DNA of 64,000 nt from a virus. Positions 1 to 8,740 of the stretch are shown here, piece by piece. Positions within the stretch are counted from its first letter, which is position 1. The number at the start of each line of letters is the position of its first letter. Below the pieces are notes generated by a model. It did not search any database. It worked only from the letters and a program-made list of their open reading frames with translations, and was not told the DNA's origin. The stretch spans positions 4,391 through 68,390 of the IMG/VR virus record IMGVR_UViG_3300043410_001663. The stretch is one strand, 5' to 3'. The translations under genes were made by a program, and so were the position numbers.

Positions 1-228
1 ACCGCCAGAGGGGGCCGAGCCCTGAGCCACCGCGCCGTTGGTGTACACCGACACCGTAGCGTTACACGCAGTCCCCGTGGTGTTAGACGCCACAATCTGG
101 TTGATCTTGTAGACCTTGCCAGACGACGCCGCGTTGGGCAGCAACACCACAGCCGTCGTGCCAGAGGGGGTGTAATACGTCGTCGTGCCGTAGATGGCTG
201 AGACGTTGACGATGTTAGGATTTGCCAT
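1..228 (-). CDS. Virion structural protein, truncated at window edge
   Basis: ATG at 228 just after the collagen gene stop; reads MANPNIVNVSAIYGTTTYYTPSGTTAVVLLPNAASSGKVYKINQIV... and stays open to position 1. Confidence 0.75.
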   Translation of the reverse strand, partial: MANPNIVNVSAIYGTTTYYTPSGTTAVVLLPNAASSGKVYKINQIVASNTTGTACNATVSVYTNGAVAQGSAPSGG

Positions 229-231
229 ATT

Positions 232-2892
232 TTAGAACCCAAATATCATGGCCAAAGCGATGCTCTTGCCCGGGGACACAGAGTTGGTTACGCTCAGTTG
301 TTGATAGGAGATAGCCTGCACGACGTCCGTCGTCAAACACGCCGCGATGGTGAACGTCGTGCCATTGGTCGCCGTAACGTCAGCCGCGGCCAGCTTCACG
401 CCGTTCTTGAACACGTCCAGGTAGCCGACCGTGTAGACCATCGAGAACGTCGTCTGGCCCGCTGTCGGTGTGTAGTCTGTTACGGTACGCGTGGTCGACG
501 CGCCGCCCGCGCCCGTGGCGCCTGTCGGGCCTGTTGGGCCGCCAGAGCCTGATGTGCCTGTTGGGCCTGTAGGTCCGTTTGTGCCCGCCGTGCCGGTGGG
601 GCCTGTGGGCCCTAAAGCGCCCGTGGGGCCTGTCGGGCCCAGCTGTGTATACATCACCTGAGTGGCCGTAAATACCACAGACGGGATACGGGGGCTTACA
701 GGAGACGTGCCGGCGGCAATTGTTCGGAGTTCAATCTGGGTGCTGTTTGTTGACCAAACCAGCTCAATAAAATCACCGGCAGCCAAAGAAAGAACAAAGT
801 TGACGGTTCCAATGTTGGCCCCATCAACTCCTCCGTGGCTAGAGGTGATACTAAATTTGCTATCAGTATCAGGAACGTCTCCTGTACTGCCAGAATCATT
901 CTTTCTCAACCAGACGTTAGCGTCATGGATCTGAGTATCCGTGTTGATAAACTGGATTGAGAATGTCAGGCTGTAAACGCCAGCGTACGCAAAAGTTACT
1001 CGGCTTCCAGAAACAACACTAACGCCGTTGTTGGATGAATCAGCACTGTTGAGAGTGATTGAATAAGGCGTATTGATTGCTGCGGCTGTCTGGGTCGTTG
1101 TGTCCCAGAACGATCCCCAGCGTCCCAGCGCGCCACCCGCTCCGGTAGACCCTGTCGCGCCTGTCGGGCCCGTGGGGCCTGTCAGGCCGATTGAACCCGT
1201 CGGCCCAGTGGGGCCAGCAACGGTCGACGCCGCGCCTGTAGCCCCCGTTGGGCCTGTAGCGCCAGTTGGGCCAGTGGGGCCTGCAACTGTCGAGTCGGCG
1301 CCTGTAGGCCCTGTGGGGCCTTGAATGCCCTGCGCACCAGTCGGGCCTGTGGGGCCTTGAATGCCTTGAGAGCCAGTTGGGCCTGTGGGTCCGACGTCAC
1401 CTTGCGCGCCGGTCGGGCCTGTCGGGCCTTGAATGCCCTGTGCGCCTGTAGGCCCTGTGGGGCCTTGAATGCCTTGTGCGCCGGTCGGGCCGGTGGGTCC
1501 AACGTCACCCTGTGCGCCAGTCGGGCCAGTGGGCCCTGTGTTACCCTGCGCACCGGTCGGGCCTGTCGGGCCTTGAATGCCCTGTGCGCCTGTTGGTCCT
1601 GTCGGGCCGACGTCGCCCTGTGCGCCGGTTGGGCCGGTAGCACCCTGGATACCTTGCGCGCCGGTCGGGCCTGTGGGTCCAGCAACGGTCGAGTCTGCAC
1701 CTGTCGGTCCTGTGGGGCCCTGCGCACCTGTGGGGCCTGTCGGGCCGGCGACGGTTGAGTCGGCACCGGTCGGGCCTGTGGGGCCTGTGGGGCCCTGCGC
1801 ACCTGTGGGGCCTGTCGGGCCATAGGCCAGGGTCAGTGCGGAGTAGGAGACCGTCTGCACGATGTCACCGGCCGCACACGCGGAGATGGTGACCGAGGTC
1901 CCGTTGGTCGCCGTCACGTCGGCCGCGGCCAGCTTGACGCCGTTACGGTAGACGTCGACGTAGCCGACGATGTAGGACACCGAGAACGTCGTCTGTCCAT
2001 CTGTGGCCGTAAAGTCTGTCACCGTACGCGTCGTCGACGTCCCAGCGACGCCTGTCGGACCTGTCGCTCCGGTGGGGCCCGTGGCGCCTGTTGGGCCTGT
2101 GGGGCCCTGCACGGTTGAGTCGGCACCGGTCGGTCCTGTCGGACCGGTTGATCCCGTCGGGCCTGTCGGGCCCATCTCGAGCGATAGCACCGAGTACGTG
2201 ATGACCTGGACGATATCCCCCGCGCTACACGCGGAGATGGTGATCGAGGTGCCGTTGGTGGCCACCACATCAGCCTTGGCCAGCTTGACACCGTTGCGGT
2301 AGACATCGACATAGCCGGGGGTGTACGTCGTCGTGAACGACGTCTGGCCGGCTGTCGCAATGAAATCTGTGACGATACGCGTCGTGGACGGCCCCTGGAT
2401 GCCTGTCGGGCCCGTAGCCCCTTGTGGGCCTGTAGCCCCTGTTGGGCCGACCACGGTGGAGGGCGCACCTGTCGGGCCTACGTCACCCTGGGCGCCTGTC
2501 GGGCCTGTCGGACCCTTGATACCTGCGAAGCCCTGCGGACCGGTTGCGCCGGTGGGCCCTGTGGTGCCCGCGGAGCCTGTAGGCCCCGTTGCGCCAGAGG
2601 AGCCCGTGGGGCCCTTGATACCCGCGGGGCCTTGAATGCCTCGCGCACCCGTCGGGCCCGTGGGGCCCAGATCACCCTGGCTGCCGGTGGGGCCGATGTC
2701 GCCCTGGCTACCCGTGGGTCCGACTGACCCCGTAGGCCCCATAGGGCCGGTTGGACCAGGGGGACCCTGGATGCCGTTTTGAAGTAGTTGAGCCGTTACC
2801 TTCTTTGTGATGCCATTTTGAAAAATAGGCAGCACATCGTTCACTTGAACGTAGTCTGTCGGTGGCAGCTGCCCAATACTTATGTCGGCCAT
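232..2892 (-). CDS. Collagen-like (Gly-Pro-Thr) fibre protein with three repeated beta-rich globular domains
   Basis: Long G-X-Y tracts dominated by GPT; three copies of a ~65 aa STTRxVTDFxATxGQTxF...[12 protein letters not shown] domain; BclA-like domain near the C-terminus. Confidence 0.9.
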   Translation of the reverse strand: MADISIGQLPPTDYVQVNDVLPIFQNGITKKVTAQLLQNGIQGPPGPTGPMGPTGSVGPTGSQGDIGPTGSQGDLGPTGPTGARGIQGPAGIKGPTGSSGATGPTGSAGTTGPTGATGPQGFAGIKGPTGPTGAQGDVGPTGAPSTVVGPTGATGPQGATGPTGIQGPSTTRIVTDFIATAGQTSFTTTYTPGYVDVYRNGVKLAKADVVATNGTSITISACSAGDIVQVITYSVLSLEMGPTGPTGSTGPTGPTGADSTVQGPTGPTGATGPTGATGPTGVAGTSTTRTVTDFTATDGQTTFSVSYIVGYVDVYRNGVKLAAADVTATNGTSVTISACAAGDIVQTVSYSALTLAYGPTGPTGAQGPTGPTGPTGADSTVAGPTGPTGAQGPTGPTGADSTVAGPTGPTGAQGIQGATGPTGAQGDVGPTGPTGAQGIQGPTGPTGAQGNTGPTGPTGAQGDVGPTGPTGAQGIQGPTGPTGAQGIQGPTGPTGAQGDVGPTGPTGSQGIQGPTGPTGAQGIQGPTGPTGADSTVAGPTGPTGATGPTGATGAASTVAGPTGPTGSIGLTGPTGPTGATGSTGAGGALGRWGSFWDTTTQTAAAINTPYSITLNSADSSNNGVSVVSGSRVTFAYAGVYSLTFSIQFINTDTQIHDANVWLRKNDSGSTGDVPDTDSKFSITSSHGGVDGANIGTVNFVLSLAAGDFIELVWSTNSTQIELRTIAAGTSPVSPRIPSVVFTATQVMYTQLGPTGPTGALGPTGPTGTAGTNGPTGPTGTSGSGGPTGPTGATGAGGASTTRTVTDYTPTAGQTTFSMVYTVGYLDVFKNGVKLAAADVTATNGTTFTIAACLTTDVVQAISYQQLSVTNSVSPGKSIALAMIFGF

Positions 2893-2894
2893 TT

Positions 2895-3293
2895 TTAGGT
2901 CTTCTTGAGGTCGCCAGGTGTGGGCACGGTTGTATCGTTGTCGTAAGGCGCGGGAGTCAACGCGCTGCCGGCGCCGTCGCCGATCATGTTCGGGCCCTGG
3001 TTCAGTGTGGCCACGTTCGGTGCGTTGGGGATCGGTGCGCCCTTGCCAGGGATGGCAATGGACACATCAGGCCGCGGATGACGCAGCGTGATGGTTTCGG
3101 TCTGACGTGCAGCCAGGCGCCAGGGGTCATAGACGTCCTGGTCGGCCGGGCACACCATCAGCGCCGGGGAATTGGGGTCGCGACGAAGCAAGGAATATGG
3201 TACCTTGCGACTGCAACGGTCGCAGACAGCGATCGATAAGACCGGCTGCCCGCGGGTGTCGCAATAAACGCCGCTGTAATAGGCGTTGCCCAT
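2895..3293 (-). CDS. Hypothetical late protein with CxxC motif
   Basis: CDRC plus further Cys; tightly packed in the late operon. Confidence 0.7.
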   Translation of the reverse strand: MGNAYYSGVYCDTRGQPVLSIAVCDRCSRKVPYSLLRRDPNSPALMVCPADQDVYDPWRLAARQTETITLRHPRPDVSIAIPGKGAPIPNAPNVATLNQGPNMIGDGAGSALTPAPYDNDTTVPTPGDLKKT

Positions 3294-3295
3294 GT

Positions 3296-3574
3296 TTACC
3301 GAACGCCAGCCTGAATAACAGTCAGCGTGGGGTTCGTGCCGCCCGTCACACGGATGGCACGAATGGGGTCGTCCTTGATGGGGCTAGACGGAGCAGCGAC
3401 CCACACAAAGGTGGGTCCATTCGGCTCCGGATAGCCTTGCGCATCCAAGGGGAAAGGGTTGGTGTATGACACCTCGACAGTACCTGAGCCTGTTGCAACG
3501 TAAGCTACGTTGATAGGCGTCAGGTACTGGTCGATGGGAACGGGTACGTTCGCCGCTACAGTAACTTGACGCAT
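3296..3574 (-). CDS. Small virion structural protein
   Basis: Beta-rich 92 aa ORF preceded by AAGGAG RBS. Confidence 0.7.
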   Translation of the reverse strand: MRQVTVAANVPVPIDQYLTPINVAYVATGSGTVEVSYTNPFPLDAQGYPEPNGPTFVWVAAPSSPIKDDPIRAIRVTGGTNPTLTVIQAGVR

Positions 3575-3583
3575 GCTATCTCC

Positions 3584-4036
3584 TTACTCGTTGGTGTAGC
3601 CTTCACCCACGTTGGTGATCGTGCCATCGGGGTTACGTGCGGTCCACACGACAGACAAGAATCCAACGGCAGAGGCACCGGCGGTGTAGCTCAGTGTCAC
3701 GTCCTCGAGGCCCACGTTGGCCAGCTTGGCGACGGCTGCCGAGGTCGTCTCGAAAGCGGCGTCGTTGATACCAGCCACGTCAGCCAACTCAGCGACCTTG
3801 GTGGCGCCAATGTTCACGTCGGGTGTACCAGGCACGGCGGCGGCTGTCGTCAGGTACGCGGTCACGCTATGCACGATCGCGCCAGCGGGGATCACCACGG
3901 TAGCGGCGGTGCCGCCGACGATGGCCTTCTGACGGGATACCAGGGCCGCGCCGGTGTTATCCGGGGCGATCGTGCCGTCGTTGGTGGGGTTGTTGCGCTT
4001 GAAGACGCGGACGGGGGTGTTGAAAGTCACTGACAT
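3584..4036 (-). CDS. Putative capsid decoration/structural protein
   Basis: Follows the major capsid gene; strong GGAGGAG RBS; Ala/Thr/Val-rich. Confidence 0.65.
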   Translation of the reverse strand: MSVTFNTPVRVFKRNNPTNDGTIAPDNTGAALVSRQKAIVGGTAATVVIPAGAIVHSVTAYLTTAAAVPGTPDVNIGATKVAELADVAGINDAAFETTSAAVAKLANVGLEDVTLSYTAGASAVGFLSVVWTARNPDGTITNVGEGYTNE

Positions 4037-4042
4037 AGATTA

Positions 4043-4115
4043 CTCCTCCATAGGAAGTTTGATAATGCAGTCTCTATGGCGTCCATCCCGAGCCGTGGGG
4101 CGGTCTGCATTACTG
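4043..4115 (-). ncRNA. Structured 5' leader RNA downstream of the capsid gene (Mu-gpT-DE-like candidate)
   Basis: TAATGCAG/CTGCATTA closing stem; internal CCATAG complementary to CTATGG abutting the RBS. Confidence 0.45.
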
Positions 4116-4127
4116 ATAGGCTCATAA

Positions 4128-4138
4128 GAATTACCCAT
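4128..4138 (-). promoter_or_regulatory. Putative late promoter motif ATGGGTAATTC
   Basis: Same motif recurs upstream of late genes at 13504, 15861, 52427, 62465 and on the plus strand at 34089. Confidence 0.6.
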
Positions 4139-4180
4139 AAAAAGAAAGAAAAACGCCCTGCTTTTTAGGGCAGGGCGTTT
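4139..4180 (-). terminator. Rho-independent terminator after the major capsid gene
   Basis: AAACGCCCTGC/GCAGGGCGTTT hairpin followed by a T-rich tract on the minus strand. Confidence 0.8.
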
Positions 4181-4215
4181 AACTGGCTGGGATCCGCCCA
4201 GCCTCGGGGCCTCAA

Positions 4216-5133
4216 TTACAGGCCGGAGGTGCCGTACACGTTACGTGCATCGTGCCAGCCGGTAGCGTAACGCTCGGTGGCCTTGTAACGCATGGAGTCC
4301 GTCTCGAAGTCGCCTTCGGTCGAGCGCTCCAACGGACGACGCATAACCAGCATCAGACCGTTCTCGGCGTTGGTCTGAACGAACCAGGCCTTGCTGGAGC
4401 TCAAACGGGTCACCACGTGGGCGCCCTGGGGGAGCATACCAGTCGACTTGATCGGGTTCAGATCGTTGTCGGCGCCGCCGGAGCGGAGGACCGACTTCAG
4501 GATCACCTCGGCCTGGAACTCCAGGGCCGGGGGAACCACCAGCTGCTCTGCCTTCAGGCGGATACGCTTGCCGTTGTTGTCCACAGCAGAACGGATCTGG
4601 ATGAGCAACTGCTCAACAGACGTCTGGGACATAGCGGCGTCGGTCGACAGCTTGTTGCTGTACGAACGACCTTGCGAGATCGGGTGGGCGCTGTTGATCA
4701 GCGTCACGCCGTCACCGCCGACGTAGCCGGGTGTGAACGCAAAGTTCAGCAGGTTGGCACACAGTGTCTCCTTCGTCTCGATCATGGACTGAGCCAGATG
4801 CTTCGAGAAGGTAGAACCGATACGGATGTGGTCACCGTCTTCCATCAGGACCTTCGTCAGGGCATAAGCCAGGCCGTAGATCTTGTAGATGAATCGGGTG
4901 ATGTACAGCGTACCGCCCTGATCATACGAGACGGGGGTGCCGTCAGGCATCTCGGGGGCCGTGTTCATACCGAACAACATCACTTCTTCGTGATAGTTAC
5001 GCGGAATGCCGGTGATCTGGGTTACGAAACCCTTCCACTCGTCATCGCGCTGCTGGTAAACTCCGTCAAAGACTTCGTTGAGGATAGGTTCGACTACCGC
5101 ACGAAAGTCTGTACTGCGCATAGGGGTTGCCAT
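4216..5133 (-). CDS. Major capsid protein (HK97 fold, Mu gpT-like family)
   Basis: 305 aa; LVVPPALEF, AWFVQT, GDFETDSMRYKATERY motifs; position after scaffold; followed by terminator. Confidence 0.85.
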   Translation of the reverse strand: MATPMRSTDFRAVVEPILNEVFDGVYQQRDDEWKGFVTQITGIPRNYHEEVMLFGMNTAPEMPDGTPVSYDQGGTLYITRFIYKIYGLAYALTKVLMEDGDHIRIGSTFSKHLAQSMIETKETLCANLLNFAFTPGYVGGDGVTLINSAHPISQGRSYSNKLSTDAAMSQTSVEQLLIQIRSAVDNNGKRIRLKAEQLVVPPALEFQAEVILKSVLRSGGADNDLNPIKSTGMLPQGAHVVTRLSSSKAWFVQTNAENGLMLVMRRPLERSTEGDFETDSMRYKATERYATGWHDARNVYGTSGL

Positions 5134-5151
5134 GTGCTACTTCCTTTCTTG

Positions 5152-5745
5152 TTATTCGACGTTTGCGGCAGCAAACTGGGTGTTAGCAAGTTTCACTTGC
5201 ACGATGGTCTTGGCGTCGCCCCAGGCGTTCGTGATTTCGCGGCCGAGGCCAACGATGATCACTTGACCTTGGTCACCAGCGGCCACGTTGGTCGTGTCCA
5301 ACCCTGCTGTGGAGGTACCCAGGCCACCGTTACCGATGATCTGGCCAGTCGCCACATCCACAAAGTTGAACTCTTGACCGACTTGGTCGTTAGCCACGCT
5401 ACCGTCGGCCTGGATCTCGTACACGATTTCCTGGTCGTCGGTGATCCACATCACGACGTCAGTGGCGGTGCCCAGGGTCGGACCGAACCACTTACTCACG
5501 GTACGACGACCGGAAGCATCTGTGTATTCGACGCCTTGGAACACGCCCATCAGGCGAGCTGTAGACAGGGGGGTATCACCCGCCACTGTGAGGGTAGAGG
5601 CCGTGCCGGAGTTATCCAACGAAACGGGGGTGCCGCTGTAGAACGTAACGGCTTCGTCATACGCGCCGGTGTAGTTCAACGAACGGATAATCCCGCTGGG
5701 GTGGTAAACCGCCTTCAGGCCAAAAGGAGTGTAAGTTGCACTCAT
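5152..5745 (-). CDS. Capsid cement/decoration protein
   Basis: PFGLK N-terminus and GVFQGVEYTD motif; immediately upstream of the capsid gene. Confidence 0.6.
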   Translation of the reverse strand: MSATYTPFGLKAVYHPSGIIRSLNYTGAYDEAVTFYSGTPVSLDNSGTASTLTVAGDTPLSTARLMGVFQGVEYTDASGRRTVSKWFGPTLGTATDVVMWITDDQEIVYEIQADGSVANDQVGQEFNFVDVATGQIIGNGGLGTSTAGLDTTNVAAGDQGQVIIVGLGREITNAWGDAKTIVQVKLANTQFAAANVE

Positions 5746-5772
5746 TGTTTTTGGTTCCTTTTTGGTTGTTGA

Positions 5773-6321
5773 TTAGAACCGCGTCAAAGCCGCGGCCCGG
5801 TTGGCTTCTTTCTCCATCTCCAGCATGCCACCCTCAAGGATCGAACGTCCACCCTTGCCTGCTTCTGCCGCCGAGCGTACGTTGGCCGTAACATTACGCT
5901 GGTGCTCAAGCGGGTCTTCAAGGTGCAACATCCGCATGACTTCTTGATAGATGTCTTCGGGGATCTTGAAAAGAACCATCTCATTACAAGAGACACAACC
6001 TTCAAACTTGCCTGAGCTCATCTTGCCAACGTTTTCAAAGCCTTTTCCGAGTTCGGCGGCTTTAACGGGCTCATAACCCAATGCGATGCGTTTGTCGATT
6101 GAATCGTACTGGTTGGTTGTTGACAACCAGCAGAGGTGCATCCCCGGGATTACTCCGTGAGGGATGTCCGGTAGCGCGGTGTTGGCCCATTTGTCCCGAA
6201 AAGCCTCCAGCCTTTCACGCCGCACTACTTCATCAGGCGACAGGCTTGCCTGGCGCTCTTTGATTTCTTCTACTCGGTCCTGCAGACGATCGTCCAGGTC
6301 CCGTGAAATTCGTTTGTTCAT
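5773..6321 (-). CDS. Conserved head-module hypothetical protein
   Basis: Between scaffold and capsid genes; GYEPV motif. Confidence 0.7.
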   Translation of the reverse strand: MNKRISRDLDDRLQDRVEEIKERQASLSPDEVVRRERLEAFRDKWANTALPDIPHGVIPGMHLCWLSTTNQYDSIDKRIALGYEPVKAAELGKGFENVGKMSSGKFEGCVSCNEMVLFKIPEDIYQEVMRMLHLEDPLEHQRNVTANVRSAAEAGKGGRSILEGGMLEMEKEANRAAALTRF

Positions 6322-6325
6322 TTAT

Positions 6326-7318
6326 TTACCCCTTGTTTGCACGGTCAAAATCAGCATAGCGGCGGATCGCCTTGGCGCGTTTCTGCGGGTCGTCCCACAT
6401 CCCTGCGTCCTTCAATGCCTGCACTCGCTCACGACTCAGCGTGAATGTGTTCTTGGGGTTCGCACCACCACTCACATCCGCGCGGCCCGTCGAGGTGCCA
6501 CTTCGGCGGCTACGACTGTTCGTTGCCCCCGCCTTGCCCGTGTACCGATGAGGTAAACGCTCTTTCAGTCGGTTGTCCAGCTCGTCCCAGTACTCCGGGT
6601 CCGAGGGGTCCCAACCCTCGCTGGCCAGTGCGTTGTCGATGATCTTAGCGATCCGACTATCCACGTCCTCACCACTCGGGTCATACCAACTATTACTCTG
6701 CAACCAGTTCGTCGCGTTCTTCTGAACCGACGACGACACCGGGTTCGGCACGTTGTTACGGGGGCTCTTGGCCTCCTCCAACTGGCGCTGCTTAACAATC
6801 TGCGCCTGTGCCAATCGATTCTTGGACTCATGGTACTGGTCCATGAACTCCATCTGTCCGTTGATGTCGCCGGCCTGTGCCGCTTGCGTCATCTTCATCT
6901 TGGCGTACTCGACTCGAGTCGCCTCGTCTTCGATCATGCGATCGATCTGAGCGATCTGGAAGCTCGCCGCGGTGTTCTCCACCTGCGCCAGTCGCTTTGC
7001 CAACTCTTCGTTGCGTCGCTCCAGGGCACTGATCTTGTGCTTGGCGCTTGCCTCGCGCTGCTTGTTCAGTTCCTTCTTGAGCTTGCGCTCCTCGCGACGC
7101 GCGGCGCGTAGCGCCTCACGGTCCTCATCGCTGTCGTCGTCACCCTCGCCGTCGTCGCCTACCTGGCCACCCTCAGCGTGGTTCTCGACCTCTTCATCAC
7201 CCTCTTCGCCCTCTTTGAACGGATCGGGTGCGTCCTCAATGGCTGCGAGCACCGTACCGTCGGTCTGCTCTTTGATCGCCACTTCTTCTTGCTGCTCTAG
7301 CTTGTCAATAGGTTTCAT
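6326..7318 (-). CDS. Capsid scaffolding protein
   Basis: Acidic N-terminus, long coiled coil, position between portal and capsid genes. Confidence 0.7.
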   Translation of the reverse strand: MKPIDKLEQQEEVAIKEQTDGTVLAAIEDAPDPFKEGEEGDEEVENHAEGGQVGDDGEGDDDSDEDREALRAARREERKLKKELNKQREASAKHKISALERRNEELAKRLAQVENTAASFQIAQIDRMIEDEATRVEYAKMKMTQAAQAGDINGQMEFMDQYHESKNRLAQAQIVKQRQLEEAKSPRNNVPNPVSSSVQKNATNWLQSNSWYDPSGEDVDSRIAKIIDNALASEGWDPSDPEYWDELDNRLKERLPHRYTGKAGATNSRSRRSGTSTGRADVSGGANPKNTFTLSRERVQALKDAGMWDDPQKRAKAIRRYADFDRANKG

Positions 7319-7868
7319 TCAAAACCTCCACTTTATTGCCTTTTGATAAATTTGCTTTTGCTGGAAGCAATTGCAAATTCCACGGTACATGTAATCCACT
7401 TACATTGCCGCCTTGTAAAGGAACAATATGATCTACATGCATGCTCCAAGGAAAAATCTTAGACAGCATTTCTGCTGCATAGTACCAATCCTTGATTGCT
7501 CCAAGCTGCTCTTTGGAGAGCCACTTAGGAGTCCTTTTAATCCTTTCGGAACGCCTTTTAGCGGTCCCTGCCGCGACTGCGGCCGGATTATTTTTTCGCC
7601 ACTGCCTAGTCAATTGATTGGCTAATTCAGTGTTTTGCTCTCTCCAGAGATTAAACTTCTCTCGAAGCTCTTCTCTATTTTTTGTCAAGTATGAATCCCG
7701 AATATTTTTAATTTTTTCGGGGTTCTCATTGCGATAGCGTGCGCCGTTCTCCAGCTCCCGTTCTCTGTTGGCTTCGTAATACTCTTTACGCTTCGCCTTC
7801 AGTTTCTCAGCGTTCTTTTCGCGATACCTCTTTTGGGCTTCGCGTTGGCGCTGCGTTTTATCACTCAT
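7305..7868 (-). CDS. HNH homing endonuclease
   Basis: HVDHIVPLQG...GLHVPWNLQLL...NLSKGN motif; AT-rich; overlaps both neighbours. Confidence 0.85.
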   Translation of the reverse strand: MSDKTQRQREAQKRYREKNAEKLKAKRKEYYEANRERELENGARYRNENPEKIKNIRDSYLTKNREELREKFNLWREQNTELANQLTRQWRKNNPAAVAAGTAKRRSERIKRTPKWLSKEQLGAIKDWYYAAEMLSKIFPWSMHVDHIVPLQGGNVSGLHVPWNLQLLPAKANLSKGNKVEVLNETY

Positions 7869-8296
7869 TCAACAAAAGCTGGCATCATCGTGCGAGCAAC
7901 ATCAAAACTATCAATTTTGCAAATCACTTCGCGATCTTGAAGAATGATAAAAACAACTTCCCCGTCACCATGTGGCACTGCCCAACGATCCCCTCCGTAC
8001 TTGATCACACGGACCAAATCACCTGGATCAGCCCAAGCGCCTTCGGGCCAAGGCTCCAGTGTGCTCATGTCTCGATAAGCCAATGGGCCCGTCTTGATCA
8101 CCTTTGCGACTACTTCATTCCATTTTTGGGTGGCTTTGGTTTCCGAAACCAACAAAATGCCGCCCTTGCTCAGGTCTTTGGCTTTTCGCAACTGAACAAC
8201 AATTCGGTTGCCTTGGGGTTGTACGCCACAGTCGAGTTCGGGAAAAACTTCTTCTTCCGTACGACCGTCAACTTCCACTTTATGAGCAAAATCCAT
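7865..8296 (-). CDS. groES: GroES-like co-chaperonin
   Basis: PQGNRIVV...SKGGILL...GDLVRVIKYGG...ILQDREVI matches the Cpn10 pattern. Confidence 0.8.
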   Translation of the reverse strand: MDFAHKVEVDGRTEEEVFPELDCGVQPQGNRIVVQLRKAKDLSKGGILLVSETKATQKWNEVVAKVIKTGPLAYRDMSTLEPWPEGAWADPGDLVRVIKYGGDRWAVPHGDGEVVFIILQDREVICKIDSFDVARTMMPAFVE

Positions 8297-8481
8297 TACT
8301 CTTCTTCCTCGTCCTCTTGCAGGACACCGTTTATGATTTCCAGCGCCTCTCTCAGGCCCTGGCCTCTTCCGATGAGCCGGTTGTATGAGTCCCAGCTATC
8401 GGCTCCATTCAAGGCCGCGAATTCCAGTTCTTGGATCACGTCCTTGATTTTGAAGACTGTCTGATATATCGGATCTTTCAT
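8296..8481 (-). CDS. Hypothetical protein
   Basis: 61 aa ORF with RBS, coupled to groES. Confidence 0.65.
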   Translation of the reverse strand: MKDPIYQTVFKIKDVIQELEFAALNGADSWDSYNRLIGRGQGLREALEIINGVLQEDEEEE

Positions 8482-8542
8482 ACGAAAGTCCTCCTGTATA
8501 ACTATAAATACATAAGCGGGGGCCTATCCGCCCCTTTTGTAC

Positions 8543-8740
8543 TTATTTTTTCTTCGCGTCGTACAGGCCCTTGCTGTTGACGGCCGGCACCTGAGCCAGT
8601 GCGATCTTGGCGTTGTTGGCCTGCTTCGAGCCAGAGGGGCCCTTCTCAACCGCTTGGCCAGGGCCGCCGGCGTAGCCGGGCTTGCCTGTCACCTTGTAGT
8701 TTTTACGAAAGCCCATGTCGGGGATTTGACTTGCCATCAT
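8543..8740 (-). CDS. Small basic hypothetical protein
   Basis: Overlaps portal stop (ATGA); Lys/Gly-rich. Confidence 0.6.
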   Translation of the reverse strand: MMASQIPDMGFRKNYKVTGKPGYAGGPGQAVEKGPSGSKQANNAKIALAQVPAVNSKGLYDAKKK

